The translations under genes and the position numbers were made by a program. From a virus (lineage: Duplodnaviria > Caudoviricetes), in IMG/VR virus record IMGVR_UViG_3300032007_000014: a stretch of DNA of 64,000 nucleotides; one strand, 5' to 3'. Each line of letters opens with the position of its first letter. The first letter of the stretch is position 1. This document shows positions 19,866 to 30,068 of this stretch, one piece after another. Below the pieces are notes generated by a model. That model was not told where the DNA came from. It saw only the letters and a list, made by a program, of their open reading frames with translations, and ran no database searches.

Positions 19866-21055
19866 TTCTTGGTGTTTTTGGTAAATGCTGCAATCGAGAA
19901 TGAGATCACACCTGCTGCTGCAGTCGCAACTATCTTCAGGATAGCCATATCCCTTTCGATGCGCTTCTGATCAGCCGCATATGTCTCATTTCTCGCTTCG
20001 TCAACTTTCTTCCTTGCTTCGGCTTCTTGTTTATCCGCCTGAACCCTTGCAGAGTGGATACTCTTCCACATCTCTACTTGTTGTTCGGCAGCTTCTTTAG
20101 CCATTCGATACGATTCTGCTTCATTCTTCAGTTTCTGCTCTTGAAGCTTGTGAGATTCTTCGAGAGTCTTCATCTCTTCAGTATGTTTCTTCTGTAGAGA
20201 CTCATATCTCTCATCAGCCATCTTCATAGCCTTCTCATACACTTCCTTTGATATGATCTTAGAAGTATTGAGCATGCCTCTGATTTTGTCAAAATCGCAT
20301 TCATGTCGTTCTTTGATCAAGTCCCGAAGTTTCGCCTCAGAAGAAGCGATCAACATTGCAGTTCCATCAACAGCTTCACAGGGTTTCGGTGTATCGATGT
20401 TATCCAACGGTATCCGAATAGTGGCATCTTCTATCTCATCAACACCTTGTCGGAATGTTAAGAATACACCAGAGATATCCTCAGGATTTACTTTCCTGAA
20501 TGGGGATTCCACGAATGTCGTGGCTTTCACTGGTACTTCTACAATTCTTCCGAATACATACACATACAGTTTCGAATATGTGAATGTTGGGTCATTTGCT
20601 GTGAAAGAAAATGTTGGTCTGTTCGAACACATCTCATATGCATCTGGAGTATCGACAATTTGTTCGATAAACTGATTCTGATGAGATGGATGGATGGCTA
20701 TTGTAGCCATCTCAACTGTGGAAAACACCAAATCCACTTCTTTGACATACACTGGTCCGACCTTGATATCGTTGAGTGGTATCTCAATCCGACCACCAGG
20801 TATTGCTTTGTCATATGAGGCTCGTATTCCTGGAGAACATCTTTCTCCAATTGTGAATCTCCACTCACATGCAACATACCCTGGATGCATGACATCCTGA
20901 TTTGTCAAAACTTGCTGAAGAACTTCTTGTTGTCCGTTTCTGTCTGTGGCTACTATCGGTAGGCGAGTCCAGTTTTGGACTTGCATCTCGAGATAATACG
21001 CGGGATAGTTGTTAGCCAACTTCTCGCTTACTATCTCTTTCGTCGAGTAAGCCAT
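19862..21055 (-). CDS. Hypothetical protein with C-terminal coiled coil and hydrophobic tail
   Basis: ATG at 21055 after AAGGAG; early promoter motif upstream; overlaps the RNAP gene. Confidence 0.7.
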   Translation of the reverse strand: MAYSTKEIVSEKLANNYPAYYLEMQVQNWTRLPIVATDRNGQQEVLQQVLTNQDVMHPGYVACEWRFTIGERCSPGIRASYDKAIPGGRIEIPLNDIKVGPVYVKEVDLVFSTVEMATIAIHPSHQNQFIEQIVDTPDAYEMCSNRPTFSFTANDPTFTYSKLYVYVFGRIVEVPVKATTFVESPFRKVNPEDISGVFLTFRQGVDEIEDATIRIPLDNIDTPKPCEAVDGTAMLIASSEAKLRDLIKERHECDFDKIRGMLNTSKIISKEVYEKAMKMADERYESLQKKHTEEMKTLEESHKLQEQKLKNEAESYRMAKEAAEQQVEMWKSIHSARVQADKQEAEARKKVDEARNETYAADQKRIERDMAILKIVATAAAGVISFSIAAFTKNTKK

Positions 21056-21100
21056 AATAACTCCTTTCTTAGAAATTGTAACACACATTTCTGCAAAGGA

Positions 21101-21109
21101 GTAATATAT
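21101..21109 (-). promoter_or_regulatory. phiKZ-type early promoter ATATATTAC (also at 25632, 32528, 37152, 41577, 46993, 47482, 48116, 58087)
   Basis: Nine exact intergenic copies, all on the minus strand and upstream of a transcription unit; matches the phiKZ early consensus TATATTAC. Confidence 0.8.
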
Positions 21110-21169
21110 TCATATAGATCAAATGAACCATTAAAGCCGTATATTGTGATTCGAAGATGTAATAAAATA

Positions 21170-21203
21170 GTTACTGCACTGGGATCACTCCCAGTGCAGT
21201 AAC
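21170..21203 (-). terminator. Hairpin terminator
   Basis: gttactgcactggga/tcccagtgcagtaac 15-bp stem just after the 21210 stop. Confidence 0.75.
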
Positions 21204-21209
21204 CATAAA

Positions 21210-22445
21210 TCAACTTCTTTCCGCATATGCTTTGTCAAGCATAGTTGAGATCTTACTGAAATGGCTGTCAGATGGAGCTTTTCCTCCACCATTCAGAACA
21301 CCAATCGCATATCCTTGTTTGATAGCTGTATTCTGATTCTTATTGACAGTTCCAACACCAGAACAAAGCTCTGTCACTGATGAAACTTTCATTCCATTGA
21401 AACCGGTCAGTTTCTTGGAACTCACAGAACCTTTCACCATATCAGTTATTGACTTGTCAGCATATCTGCTATCACGAAGTGCAGATGGAAGAGCAGCTTG
21501 AGAAATCTGTTTTGAATCGATTCCACAACTTGTCATTGCAGTTTTCATATTTGCAACGGTGGATCCATTCTCAACAACCTTTCCAGACATAGTTCCGAAC
21601 TCTCGTCTTGCGATGGCTTTCATGTCACCGCCAGATGCAATTTCAGATACTTTTCCGAAAAGCTTTGAGTTTCCAGATGCCGCGGTAGCTGTGATCGTTG
21701 TTACAGATGCTGACACTCCAGTGACGGTACCGAGAACTCCGTTTTCGGACATGAGTTCTCTTTTACGTCCAGGACAATCCAGCATCTGATCTGCTTGACC
21801 GGTGTTACCTTTGTTCACAGCCTTGATGTAATCATCAAGGAATCCGAATGATCCAGCTAACGCTTTCAACGTATAGTCTGTATCAATCTGAGACTTCGCC
21901 CATTGACAAGTCGAACATTCGAAATATGGCTTATTCGCACAATTATTCTTCTTGTAAGACTTGGCAGATGTATCCTGTGTCTTGATCACATCATTAAGAG
22001 AAGATTTCTTTATCTCTTCTCTTGTGGTCGGAACAGAAGATTTAACTTTGGCTTTTGCATCTTGAAACAGCTTGGAGAACTTCGCTGACATGCTGTTGTT
22101 CTCCGCACGTTCTGCTTCTTCTGCAGCTTTCTGTATCTCTTCTGCTTCAAGAGCGGCATCGTATGCTTCAGCACCATACATGCCTTCATCACACATGTCG
22201 TGAACTTCATCTGCCGATAGTTCGCCAGCAGCCACTGCTGCGGCGACATCATTTTCTGGAGAAGTGACAATCTTATCCAGCATCTTCCCTGACATACTTG
22301 TAACAGAGTTGGATGCTGGAGAGTCCGTACCTGCACCTATCGGTACAGTCTTCTGGACGTCATTGATATCCTCCAAAACTTCAGTTGTTGCAGATGGGGA
22401 TGCACCACCTTGAGTGACGCCTTCTGCTTGTCCAACATTGAACAT
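21210..22445 (-). CDS. Probable virion protein with acidic A-x-E-rich N-terminal propeptide
   Basis: 411 aa; GAEAYDAALEAEE region; CxxC in the middle. Confidence 0.6.
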   Translation of the reverse strand: MFNVGQAEGVTQGGASPSATTEVLEDINDVQKTVPIGAGTDSPASNSVTSMSGKMLDKIVTSPENDVAAAVAAGELSADEVHDMCDEGMYGAEAYDAALEAEEIQKAAEEAERAENNSMSAKFSKLFQDAKAKVKSSVPTTREEIKKSSLNDVIKTQDTSAKSYKKNNCANKPYFECSTCQWAKSQIDTDYTLKALAGSFGFLDDYIKAVNKGNTGQADQMLDCPGRKRELMSENGVLGTVTGVSASVTTITATAASGNSKLFGKVSEIASGGDMKAIARREFGTMSGKVVENGSTVANMKTAMTSCGIDSKQISQAALPSALRDSRYADKSITDMVKGSVSSKKLTGFNGMKVSSVTELCSGVGTVNKNQNTAIKQGYAIGVLNGGGKAPSDSHFSKISTMLDKAYAERS

Positions 22446-22457
22446 ATGTCATCCTCC

Positions 22458-23756
22458 TTACAAATTGTTGTCAAACAGAAGTGCGGTTAAGAGCACTTTT
22501 GCTATGACGGAGGACCTCGTTCTGGTACGTGGATCAAGTGCGTTGAGTTCAGCACCACCTGTTTCTTCAAGCTGTCTCTTGAAATCACCATATGCGTTGA
22601 TGTCACCACCACGAACACGCACGAGTTCATTCAACGTAGCTTCAAGTCCACGTGTGTTAAGTGATTGGATTTCCGGTGCGGACAAAGCACATGCTCTATC
22701 AGGTCCAGAGACTTGTCCAGTCAGTGCATCAATTCTCTGGTCTCTTGAAGGAACAGAAAGTTTCTTGTCAACTTCCTGTTGTGCTCGTCTGATAGGAAGT
22801 TGGAGAACGAGATATTTCTCGTTGGTGAGATACTTTCTTCCTGTCGTAACATCGGTAAGCCAAAGCTTGTGGTAAACGTTCAAATCAACAACCGACAATC
22901 CTCTGATAAGATCATGAATCTTAAGGGACTTCTTCATATTCGGCATGATGATGTTGATCGCAATTGCTCCTTTGGAGAGATCCGTCATAAAACGAATGAA
23001 ATCATTGTCAGACATCTTTCCAAGAAGATTCTGATAACGACGTCCGTTGTCTCCAGATGGATCAAGTGTATCCATCACTTTCACAATATGAGCAATGATA
23101 CGTTTACGTTTATCTTTTCCCTTTTCAGACAACACCTCAGTTGCGACATCTTCGAAAGAAATGTTGTCATCATCTTCGCGGAATCCTTCCACTACCATGT
23201 GACCATTCGAAATCTTTTTCGCGAAGTCAGCATCATAGTGTTTCTTCCACTTCACAGTCACCTTGCGTTTTTCAGCAATCGGTAACTGCTTGTAAGAGAC
23301 GAACAACCAGTTCTTCTTGTCATCGGGTGTTGCATAGTAGAGAGCATCTTTACAGTCCTCTTTCTTGACACAATAAACATATCCAGTTGTCTCTCCTTCA
23401 ACAGGAGACAAGGATTCGTCATTGTGAACAATCTCAACAAAGTTCACTTCTCTACTGAGAGAAGCTGCTTTATCAAGTTGAAGGATATGCTCCTGATAGT
23501 TCTTCATCTTGGACCCATGTCCGATCATGAAAGGAACGATATGTGCACATGCAATGCCATACAAACGATGCATATACACAACAGGAACTTCAATGTCTCT
23601 GTTTGCTCTGTTCTTGCAAACATGGATGCCAAGACTTGTGATATCAAGATCTCTCTTGGTTCCATGATAAAGGAATTCCCCACATTTCTTCCAATCAGAT
23701 GCACTGATCGGAGAACGCTCTTCATAGGGAGTATCCTTGGTTATTTTCTTTCCCAT
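22458..23756 (-). CDS. Virion RNA polymerase beta subunit C-terminal part (phiKZ gp149-like) with an N-terminal ADP-ribosyltransferase-like domain
   Basis: C-terminal ~225 aa carry LPIRRAQQ..DKK, IDALTGQVSG, LSAPEIQSL and ELVRVRGGD. N-terminal ~180 aa carry LYHGT...VVY...GYVYCV...WLFVS. Confidence 0.8.
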   Translation of the reverse strand: MGKKITKDTPYEERSPISASDWKKCGEFLYHGTKRDLDITSLGIHVCKNRANRDIEVPVVYMHRLYGIACAHIVPFMIGHGSKMKNYQEHILQLDKAASLSREVNFVEIVHNDESLSPVEGETTGYVYCVKKEDCKDALYYATPDDKKNWLFVSYKQLPIAEKRKVTVKWKKHYDADFAKKISNGHMVVEGFREDDDNISFEDVATEVLSEKGKDKRKRIIAHIVKVMDTLDPSGDNGRRYQNLLGKMSDNDFIRFMTDLSKGAIAINIIMPNMKKSLKIHDLIRGLSVVDLNVYHKLWLTDVTTGRKYLTNEKYLVLQLPIRRAQQEVDKKLSVPSRDQRIDALTGQVSGPDRACALSAPEIQSLNTRGLEATLNELVRVRGGDINAYGDFKRQLEETGGAELNALDPRTRTRSSVIAKVLLTALLFDNNL

Positions 23757-23823
23757 ATGGGTATTCTCCTTATATTCAACAATTCATAAGATGGCATTGA
23801 AACAAAAAATAAAGAAAAAGAGA

Positions 23824-23852
23824 GAACCTCCTGGGAATATCCCAGGAGGTTC
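23824..23852 (-). terminator. Hairpin terminator
   Basis: gaacctcctggga/tcccaggaggttc followed on the minus strand by a T-rich tract. Confidence 0.75.
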
Positions 23853-23871
23853 CTTCTATCATTGATTGAAA

Positions 23872-24207
23872 TCAGAAGTCATCACGATCCTGATCACCTG
23901 AATCATCGTCATCTTCTTCATTCAAGTCGTCATCTTCCCAAGGAGGATTGTTATCTCCATTGGGATCATAGTCGTCATCGATCTCGTCATCGTCAGGTCC
24001 GCTCAACGCGTCTTCCAAGTCAGACGGATCCATCTCATCTTCGAGATAGGAGACGGCGTCATTCTCAAAACGAGAACTGTCTTCCATCCGTTCCATCTCT
24101 TCATCGAGTTCCTGCTTGCAAGCAGGACAAAGATTTGGATTCATATCGGACACGTCACGATAATCTTCCAAATCAAATGCTGCATTACATTTCTTGCATG
24201 TTAGCAT
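23872..24207 (-). CDS. Small zinc-ribbon protein with very acidic tail
   Basis: Start at 24207 after AAGGAG; CKKC...CPAC followed by a D/E-rich C-terminus. Confidence 0.7.
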   Translation of the reverse strand: MLTCKKCNAAFDLEDYRDVSDMNPNLCPACKQELDEEMERMEDSSRFENDAVSYLEDEMDPSDLEDALSGPDDDEIDDDYDPNGDNNPPWEDDDLNEEDDDDSGDQDRDDF

Positions 24208-24569
24208 GTCTTCTCCTTGCAGTTGATTGTGTAGATAGACTCGTCTACATCGATAATACCCCATCTGATTTGCACGATGCAGGGATCTTCGTTCGCATCC
24301 TGGATGATCTCGGACTTGAAGATCATCCCAACTTCGCATTTGCATCCGCGCCACTGGGTACGGATGTAATCGCTGACATCTGCGAGATACTCATTGAGAC
24401 GAAGTGCCATTTCCTTCCATCCACGAGTGTTGACTCTCGAGATTTCGACAATGTTCTCAATGAGAGGCTCGAAACTTGCCAACTGATCTTCCGTCGTGGC
24501 TCCGTTCTTGAGAGCATAGAAGATCTTCCAGATGATTCTTGCGGTTTTGTCAACCTTGTTATTTCTCAT
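24201..24569 (-). CDS. Hypothetical protein
   Basis: 122 aa, overlaps both neighbours in an early operon. Confidence 0.65.
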   Translation of the reverse strand: MRNNKVDKTARIIWKIFYALKNGATTEDQLASFEPLIENIVEISRVNTRGWKEMALRLNEYLADVSDYIRTQWRGCKCEVGMIFKSEIIQDANEDPCIVQIRWGIIDVDESIYTINCKEKTC

Positions 24570-25564
24570 TTCATTATCCCACCGTTGTTTACGAGAAGCG
24601 TATCCATTCTCCCCAGGAGAAGTGGTTCGATGCTGGCATCGGAGAGACTGCGATATCCGATACGATACAGCATGTCTCCGAACAGGTACAGATCGCCATA
24701 CTTCATGTCACCGTACTTGAACATGAGTGTGGCGTAGTAATTGCGAAGAAGTGCGATCATCGATCCGAGACAGTACATCTCATTCATGGTGAATTCAGCA
24801 TCGACTTGTCGTTCTCTCATCAATGCAGAATCAAACACACTTCCGATGTATTTCCCATCGATGTACTTGTTGGTGATCTTGAACTTGTGGGTCCTGAACA
24901 CCTTCGGATCGATCTTGAGAGTGACGAAATTCCTTCCAAACGAAGGAGTCACCATGAGATCCCAGTACTCGAGTTTCGCAACGTACTTCCGAATCTGCGA
25001 GGACACGAAGTCATCGACACCTTCCATCTTGTATCCGAAATCATGGGACAGAAGAGTGAAGCATGCGGGGATGCTGGCTGGAAGTGACAGATGTCCGGCA
25101 TACATCAGATAATGTACCGGTGCTCTCTGTTTCTGCATGGGGTCATTTACCAGACGGACATGTCCCTTTTCATCCGTACAGAAATGTTTGCCCCACCACC
25201 TGGAGAACGATCCACACAGTTCTCGAAACGCATAGAGAATGATTTCGTAATGATGGTCTTTGACGGTTCTGGCGATGAGATCATCCGCAGGACTCTTGTC
25301 TTCGCGGTCCTTGTACATGTCATAAGCGAGTAACCTGATGTACGGCTGGATGTTTTCGCCGGACACCATGAAGACCTTGGCATCCTCGCGACAGTGCAGT
25401 TTTTCCGGATCATACCCGCATTCATCGATTCTTGCGCGTTCGACCAATGACCTGTTTTCTTCGTCGGACGAGTTCGCTATGGTGTAGCGAAGACTGGACA
25501 TGATCTCCGTGACGGACTGAAAATCCCTCACATTCATTTGATCATACGTGAGTTTCTTTCCCAT
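24566..25564 (-). CDS. Hypothetical early protein
   Basis: ATG at 25564 after CAGGAG; TATATTAC at 25632. Confidence 0.7.
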   Translation of the reverse strand: MGKKLTYDQMNVRDFQSVTEIMSSLRYTIANSSDEENRSLVERARIDECGYDPEKLHCREDAKVFMVSGENIQPYIRLLAYDMYKDREDKSPADDLIARTVKDHHYEIILYAFRELCGSFSRWWGKHFCTDEKGHVRLVNDPMQKQRAPVHYLMYAGHLSLPASIPACFTLLSHDFGYKMEGVDDFVSSQIRKYVAKLEYWDLMVTPSFGRNFVTLKIDPKVFRTHKFKITNKYIDGKYIGSVFDSALMRERQVDAEFTMNEMYCLGSMIALLRNYYATLMFKYGDMKYGDLYLFGDMLYRIGYRSLSDASIEPLLLGRMDTLLVNNGGIMK

Positions 25565-25703
25565 TCTATCTATCTCCTGTTTCAAATGGGTTAAGGTGTT
25601 CTATAGATCGTCTATAGTTTACACCACTGACGTAATATATTCGTTAAAAATAAATGAAAAAGGTAACAGTGTGGATTTCTCCACACTGTTACCTCATGAA
25701 TGT

Positions 25704-28700
25704 TTATGCAGAGTACTTCAGGATGGACTGAAGTCCATGTGTCACGCGATCGCGTTCTTCTGCTTTCTTGGCATTGTTGAAGCGATCGAGTGTTCCAACC
25801 AGATATCCGGTGATACGACGAAGACGTTCAAAATGAACGTTCTTGTCAAGTGCGTGACATTCCGGACACTCGTTATCGAGAAGTCCGACGAATCCACAAA
25901 CAGGACATCTGTCAGAAGACTTGTGATTGATGGAGTAGTATCCCATGTTCGCATCGTGCATCGCGCGGATCAATGCCTCGAATGCTTCGATGTTGTTGGT
26001 GGGACTTCCATCAAGCTCAATGTAACTTATATGCGATTGTCATTGCGTTTCCGCAAAGGATCGGACTATATCTTCTAAGTAGGGTGTTACGGAAAGTGTC
26101 AATCTCTTTCCTATCTAGCACGAAGCTAAGTTAGTCTCTACACACTTCATTCGTTATGAATGTTTGGCACGGTATTGGCTGCTATCCACATTGTGGACCG
26201 TAGCGTTTCTTAGTCAGTGTCTTCGTACGACTTACGTCAATGACAGCGTCTTATTCAACTGATACCGTTAGCACGTGATACTATCACGCACACCTCTTTG
26301 ACATGAGTTAACCCTATTTATCGCGAGCCATTAAGTTAACCCGCGTTACACAGCGCGTGGAACGGCGCTTCCAGCCGGATCTTGTCGTATGCCGAGATCT
26401 CGAACCCAACTGGAATATGGAAGCTGTTGGTGTAGTACTCTTTGTCAGTAACACCTTTGATGATTCCATACTTCTTCTTGTCCATGCGGACAAACTTTCC
26501 AGACAATCCTTCAGCTGGTGTGGCCAAAAGACTGTAGTTGAGTTTCATCTTCTCAGCTCTGCGATCCGTGAATTCACGCATGTGCTTGATGATCGCGTAT
26601 CCCTTCTTCCACACTTCTTCGGATTCACCATGGTGTTTACCATACAGCATGGTCAGCGCTTCTGCGAGGCCGATGAATCCGATGGAGAGGGATCCGTGTT
26701 TGATGATTTCCAAGATCTGATCATCAGGTTTGAGTTTGTCCGAGTCAATCCAGATACCCTGTTCCATGAGGAACGGGAAGTTCTTGACCAGACGTTTGCC
26801 CTGGATCAGAAGGCGATCGTAGAGTTGATCTGCAGCCATCTCAAGATACTTGTCGAGAATTGCATAGAATTTCTTCTCTGCAACTTCAGTCGAACTGGAA
26901 CTCTTGACAGCATCGATGGCGAATCTTGGAAGATTCAACGAAGTGAATGAACAATTGCCACGTCCAACGGAAATCTGTCGAGTAGGATCATACACGTTCG
27001 AAACCACTCGAGTACGACAACCCCATTGTCGTTAATAGGTAGACTATATCACGATCCCAGAGGGATCCCTGCCATTTCGAAATGATCTTGCGATCATCCC
27101 TACGCTACTCATTCCCTGATCTTTATTAGATCATTGTTTTCGCTAGTCGTTAGGCTTTTACAACACGATATGTTGATTTAGCACGGTAGGTTACATCGTC
27201 ATCACTGACGTGCTTTCCCCGTTTAAGCAGGTTTATTTAACGTATGTTGCCATACGTGACCACAGGTTGTGTTTATGGTCGCGGGTAATGTTTCCGGTGT
27301 ACCTTTGTAGTACATCTTGTTGAACGGAGCATCGATGTTCATGAAGTTCGGGAACAAACGCTTTGCAGATACCCTACAAGCGAGTTTCCAAAGATCGTAA
27401 TTCGGATCACCTGGATTGTAGTTCACTCCAGACAATTCACGGAATACGTGGATCGGGAAGATTGCGGTCTCTCCGTTTCCAAGTCCGGCATCTGTCGCAA
27501 GAAGAATGTTCTTGATCGCCATTCTTCCTTCAGGAGTTGTGTCAGTTCCGTAGTTGATGGAACTGAACGGAACCTGAGATCCAGCACGCGAATGCATGGA
27601 ACAAAGGTTGTGCACGAGTGCTTCCATCGCTTGATAAGTTTCCTTATCAATATCTCTGAAAGTACGTGCAACGACTTTGTCATACACTTTGCCGCTGATC
27701 CCGAAACCATGTTCGATCATCTTGGCATGAACACGACGTTTGAATTCATCTGTTGTAACAGATGACATCGTTGGTTCATATCCATCTGTTTCGAAGTCCT
27801 TGATGAATGCGTCCTTGTCGAATTCATTATCAAAGACATTGTCTTCTGCAAAATCAATTGCTTTCGAAAGATTGTTGTAGAAGATCTTACGGAATGACTT
27901 GGCAACACCTTCTGCCATCGCATAGTCGAAGTTATGTATCGATTGACCACCCAAGAATAGCAACTATTCCATCTCTGACTATATCATCATCTTCATTGTT
28001 CATAGTGAAGATGCCTCATTTTCCAACTGGTATCCAACTCCAGTTGTACACTACTTGATTCTCACGGATCCTTATGCGTCCGTTACTCTTTCGCTAGTCG
28101 ATTGACCTATCACAATGTGTGATGTGGCACAGGATTGTCTTAGTGTAAATCACTAATGTTTCCCCTGTTAGCAAATGCTTTAATTACCCAGTTACTGGTA
28201 AATAGAACACATGTTCTAGCATTCACACCCTGTGGATAACAGGTTAACGAGGTTGTTCGATGTAGCTCACGCTACAAAGGCACAGTTTGGATAATGCTGG
28301 TCGTTCTGACATGACTGAATTGCGATGCATGCGAGTGCTGCGTAACTCCTGATGGAACCAGGTTCACGAATATGTCCGTGACCAGTGGTGAATCCACCAT
28401 GGAACAATTTGAGCAGATCTGTCTGAACACAGGTGAGTGTCCACTGATAGAAATCGAAATCCTATTTGTTTCATCATTGCTGATGGTTCTGACTATATCA
28501 CGATCTCAGTGAGATCTGACGCACTTCCAACTGTGATCAATTCAGCTGTACTCCCGCATCCGGGATAGTCGATAGACTACAGATAAATCTATAGCACAGG
28601 ATTGACACACATGTACTTCTATCACATACATGAGGCTTTCCCTGTTAGCACACCAACTATCGATCATTTCCTATCGATCCAATTAAGTCTGATGTACACC

Positions 28701-29343
28701 GAGTGATCAACTCGTTCACGTCATTCTTCGATGTAGCTCACGCTACAAAGCCACAATTTCGTTTATGGATGTAAATGTACCCATTCAAGAATGCTTCCGC
28801 ATGCTCAGGCTTAAGCAAGTTCTTGAAGTTGTAATCCTTTGCCGCTTCCTGTCCATACATGAGCATGGAACCCATTGACGCCTGTCCGTTGACATTGGCA
28901 TTATCCCTTTTGATATCGGCATCGTCTGGATCCGAAATCTGTGCGAGAGTTTTGCTCAGGGTGGACTTGCTTTCGCGGATCTTTGTTCTGTGTGCCCGGT
29001 AATTCTCATACGAACCAGCAACTTTACCGTATCCACAGCCACGCAGTGTGTGAACAACGGCATCCTGAACCTGTTCGATTGTGAGAGTTTGACCAGGATT
29101 GTTCTTCAGGTAATCCTCCAAATGAAGGACAACCGCCCCAGTGATTCCATTCAGATTGACTTCTTTCCCATCGAGCGACTTGATCTCGTCGTTCAATGGC
29201 CACACCACGACTTCACCAGAATACTTACCCTTCAGGAACGCCTTGTTGATCGCGGACTTGATCTTGTTCGCATCAAACGGAACAACGCGACCGTCCCTTT
29301 TGATAACCTGACTGATGGTAGTGGACTGTGCTTCCAAGCTCAT
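25704..29343 (-). CDS. nrdD: Anaerobic (class III) ribonucleotide reductase, 5 exons: 29343-28765, 28461-28294, 27951-27275, 27023-26339, 26033-25704 (812 aa spliced)
   Basis: ATP cone (VIKRDG), YIH|DFDFY, NDQH|GGQS, ATM|GCRT, YYTNSFH, NAG|HISYIE, CPVCG...CPEC and the glycyl-radical RRITGYL loop. Exons join in frame. Confidence 0.95.
26034..26338 (-). ncRNA. Group I intron 4 of nrdD (305 nt, no ORF)
   Basis: P1 CGCGGGU/GCUCGCG; P10 UAACUUA/UAAGUUA; AGAGACUA and AAGAUAUAGUCC; terminal G. Confidence 0.92.
27024..27274 (-). ncRNA. Group I intron 3 of nrdD (251 nt, no ORF)
   Basis: P1 GACCAU/GUGGUC; P10 ACAACCU/GGGUUGU; AACGACUA and GAUAUAGUC; splits the Met codon of MGCRT (AT|G). Confidence 0.92.
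27952..28293 (-). ncRNA. Group I intron 2 of nrdD (342 nt, no ORF)
   Basis: P1 GCAU/GUGC with U.G pair; UGCUAACAGGGGAAA, AAUCCUGUGC, AAUCGACUA and GAUAUAGUC core motifs; terminal G. Confidence 0.92.
28462..28764 (-). ncRNA. Group I intron 1 of nrdD (303 nt, no ORF)
   Basis: 5' exon ends in U; P1 CCAU/GUGG with U.G pair; P10 CGAAAUU/GAUUUCG; P7 elements AUCGACUA and GAUAUAGUC; terminal G. Confidence 0.92.
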
Positions 29344-29558
29344 AATGATTCTCCTAACTTGGGTGTGTGAACGTTACTGCGCCTGACTTATTTCAATGCG
29401 CCAATATTATTGTGACCTATCGTTTCTAAATTCCCCAATAATTGACCTCGAAATTTACTAAAATATTGAGAAATTGATGACTATGTTGAACAAGAATTTT
29501 ATCATACAAGATCGTAATGTATTATACCAGATGTAAAAAATAACAAGGAGATGTTGTT

Positions 29559-30068
29559 ATGAAAGTCAAGGTTAAAGTACCAAGTGAAGAGAGTCTGATG
29601 TTCTTCAAAGAACGTTGGAACGGTCAACCGTTCTTCGGTGAATATGAACCACCCATGTACAATGGAAACGATAGTGAGTGGATCAACAGAATCCTCACAA
29701 CAGATCCAAAGAACATCAGTCACATGATCAACTCCATCGATTGGACATCTTTCGATCCAACAACAAGTACTGTTCTGATTGATGTGGATTTCGTAGGTCC
29801 TTATGGACAGATGGCAATCTCTGATTGGTTGAAAGGAAACATCAGATTTGCAGTCAGAACCATTCTTGTCAAAAACAAGAGACGTATGATCACATGGGAT
29901 ATCATCCACAAACCGATCGATATTGGAAGGGGCTCTCAACCAGAGAAGACCCAAGAACAGGTTGATCGTGAAGGAAGAACCAACGAACTCGTTGAGAAAT
30001 TGCAGAAAGAAATCATCGACAGCGATGACGGAACTGGAGGTATGAATGAAGATCCGTCTGTACGGTAA
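29559..30068 (+). CDS. Hypothetical protein
   Basis: 169 aa, AAGGAG RBS, overlaps nrdG. Confidence 0.7.
   Translation: MKVKVKVPSEESLMFFKERWNGQPFFGEYEPPMYNGNDSEWINRILTTDPKNISHMINSIDWTSFDPTTSTVLIDVDFVGPYGQMAISDWLKGNIRFAVRTILVKNKRRMITWDIIHKPIDIGRGSQPEKTQEQVDREGRTNELVEKLQKEIIDSDDGTGGMNEDPSVR

Noticed and set aside
25704-29343. nrdD as a fragmented pseudogene or a sign of stop-codon recoding
   Set aside because: The gaps are well-formed group I introns and the exons join in frame; other genes translate at full length in the standard code.
29400-29416. NrdR box upstream of nrdD
   Set aside because: Only the right half resembles the consensus and no tandem second box was seen.
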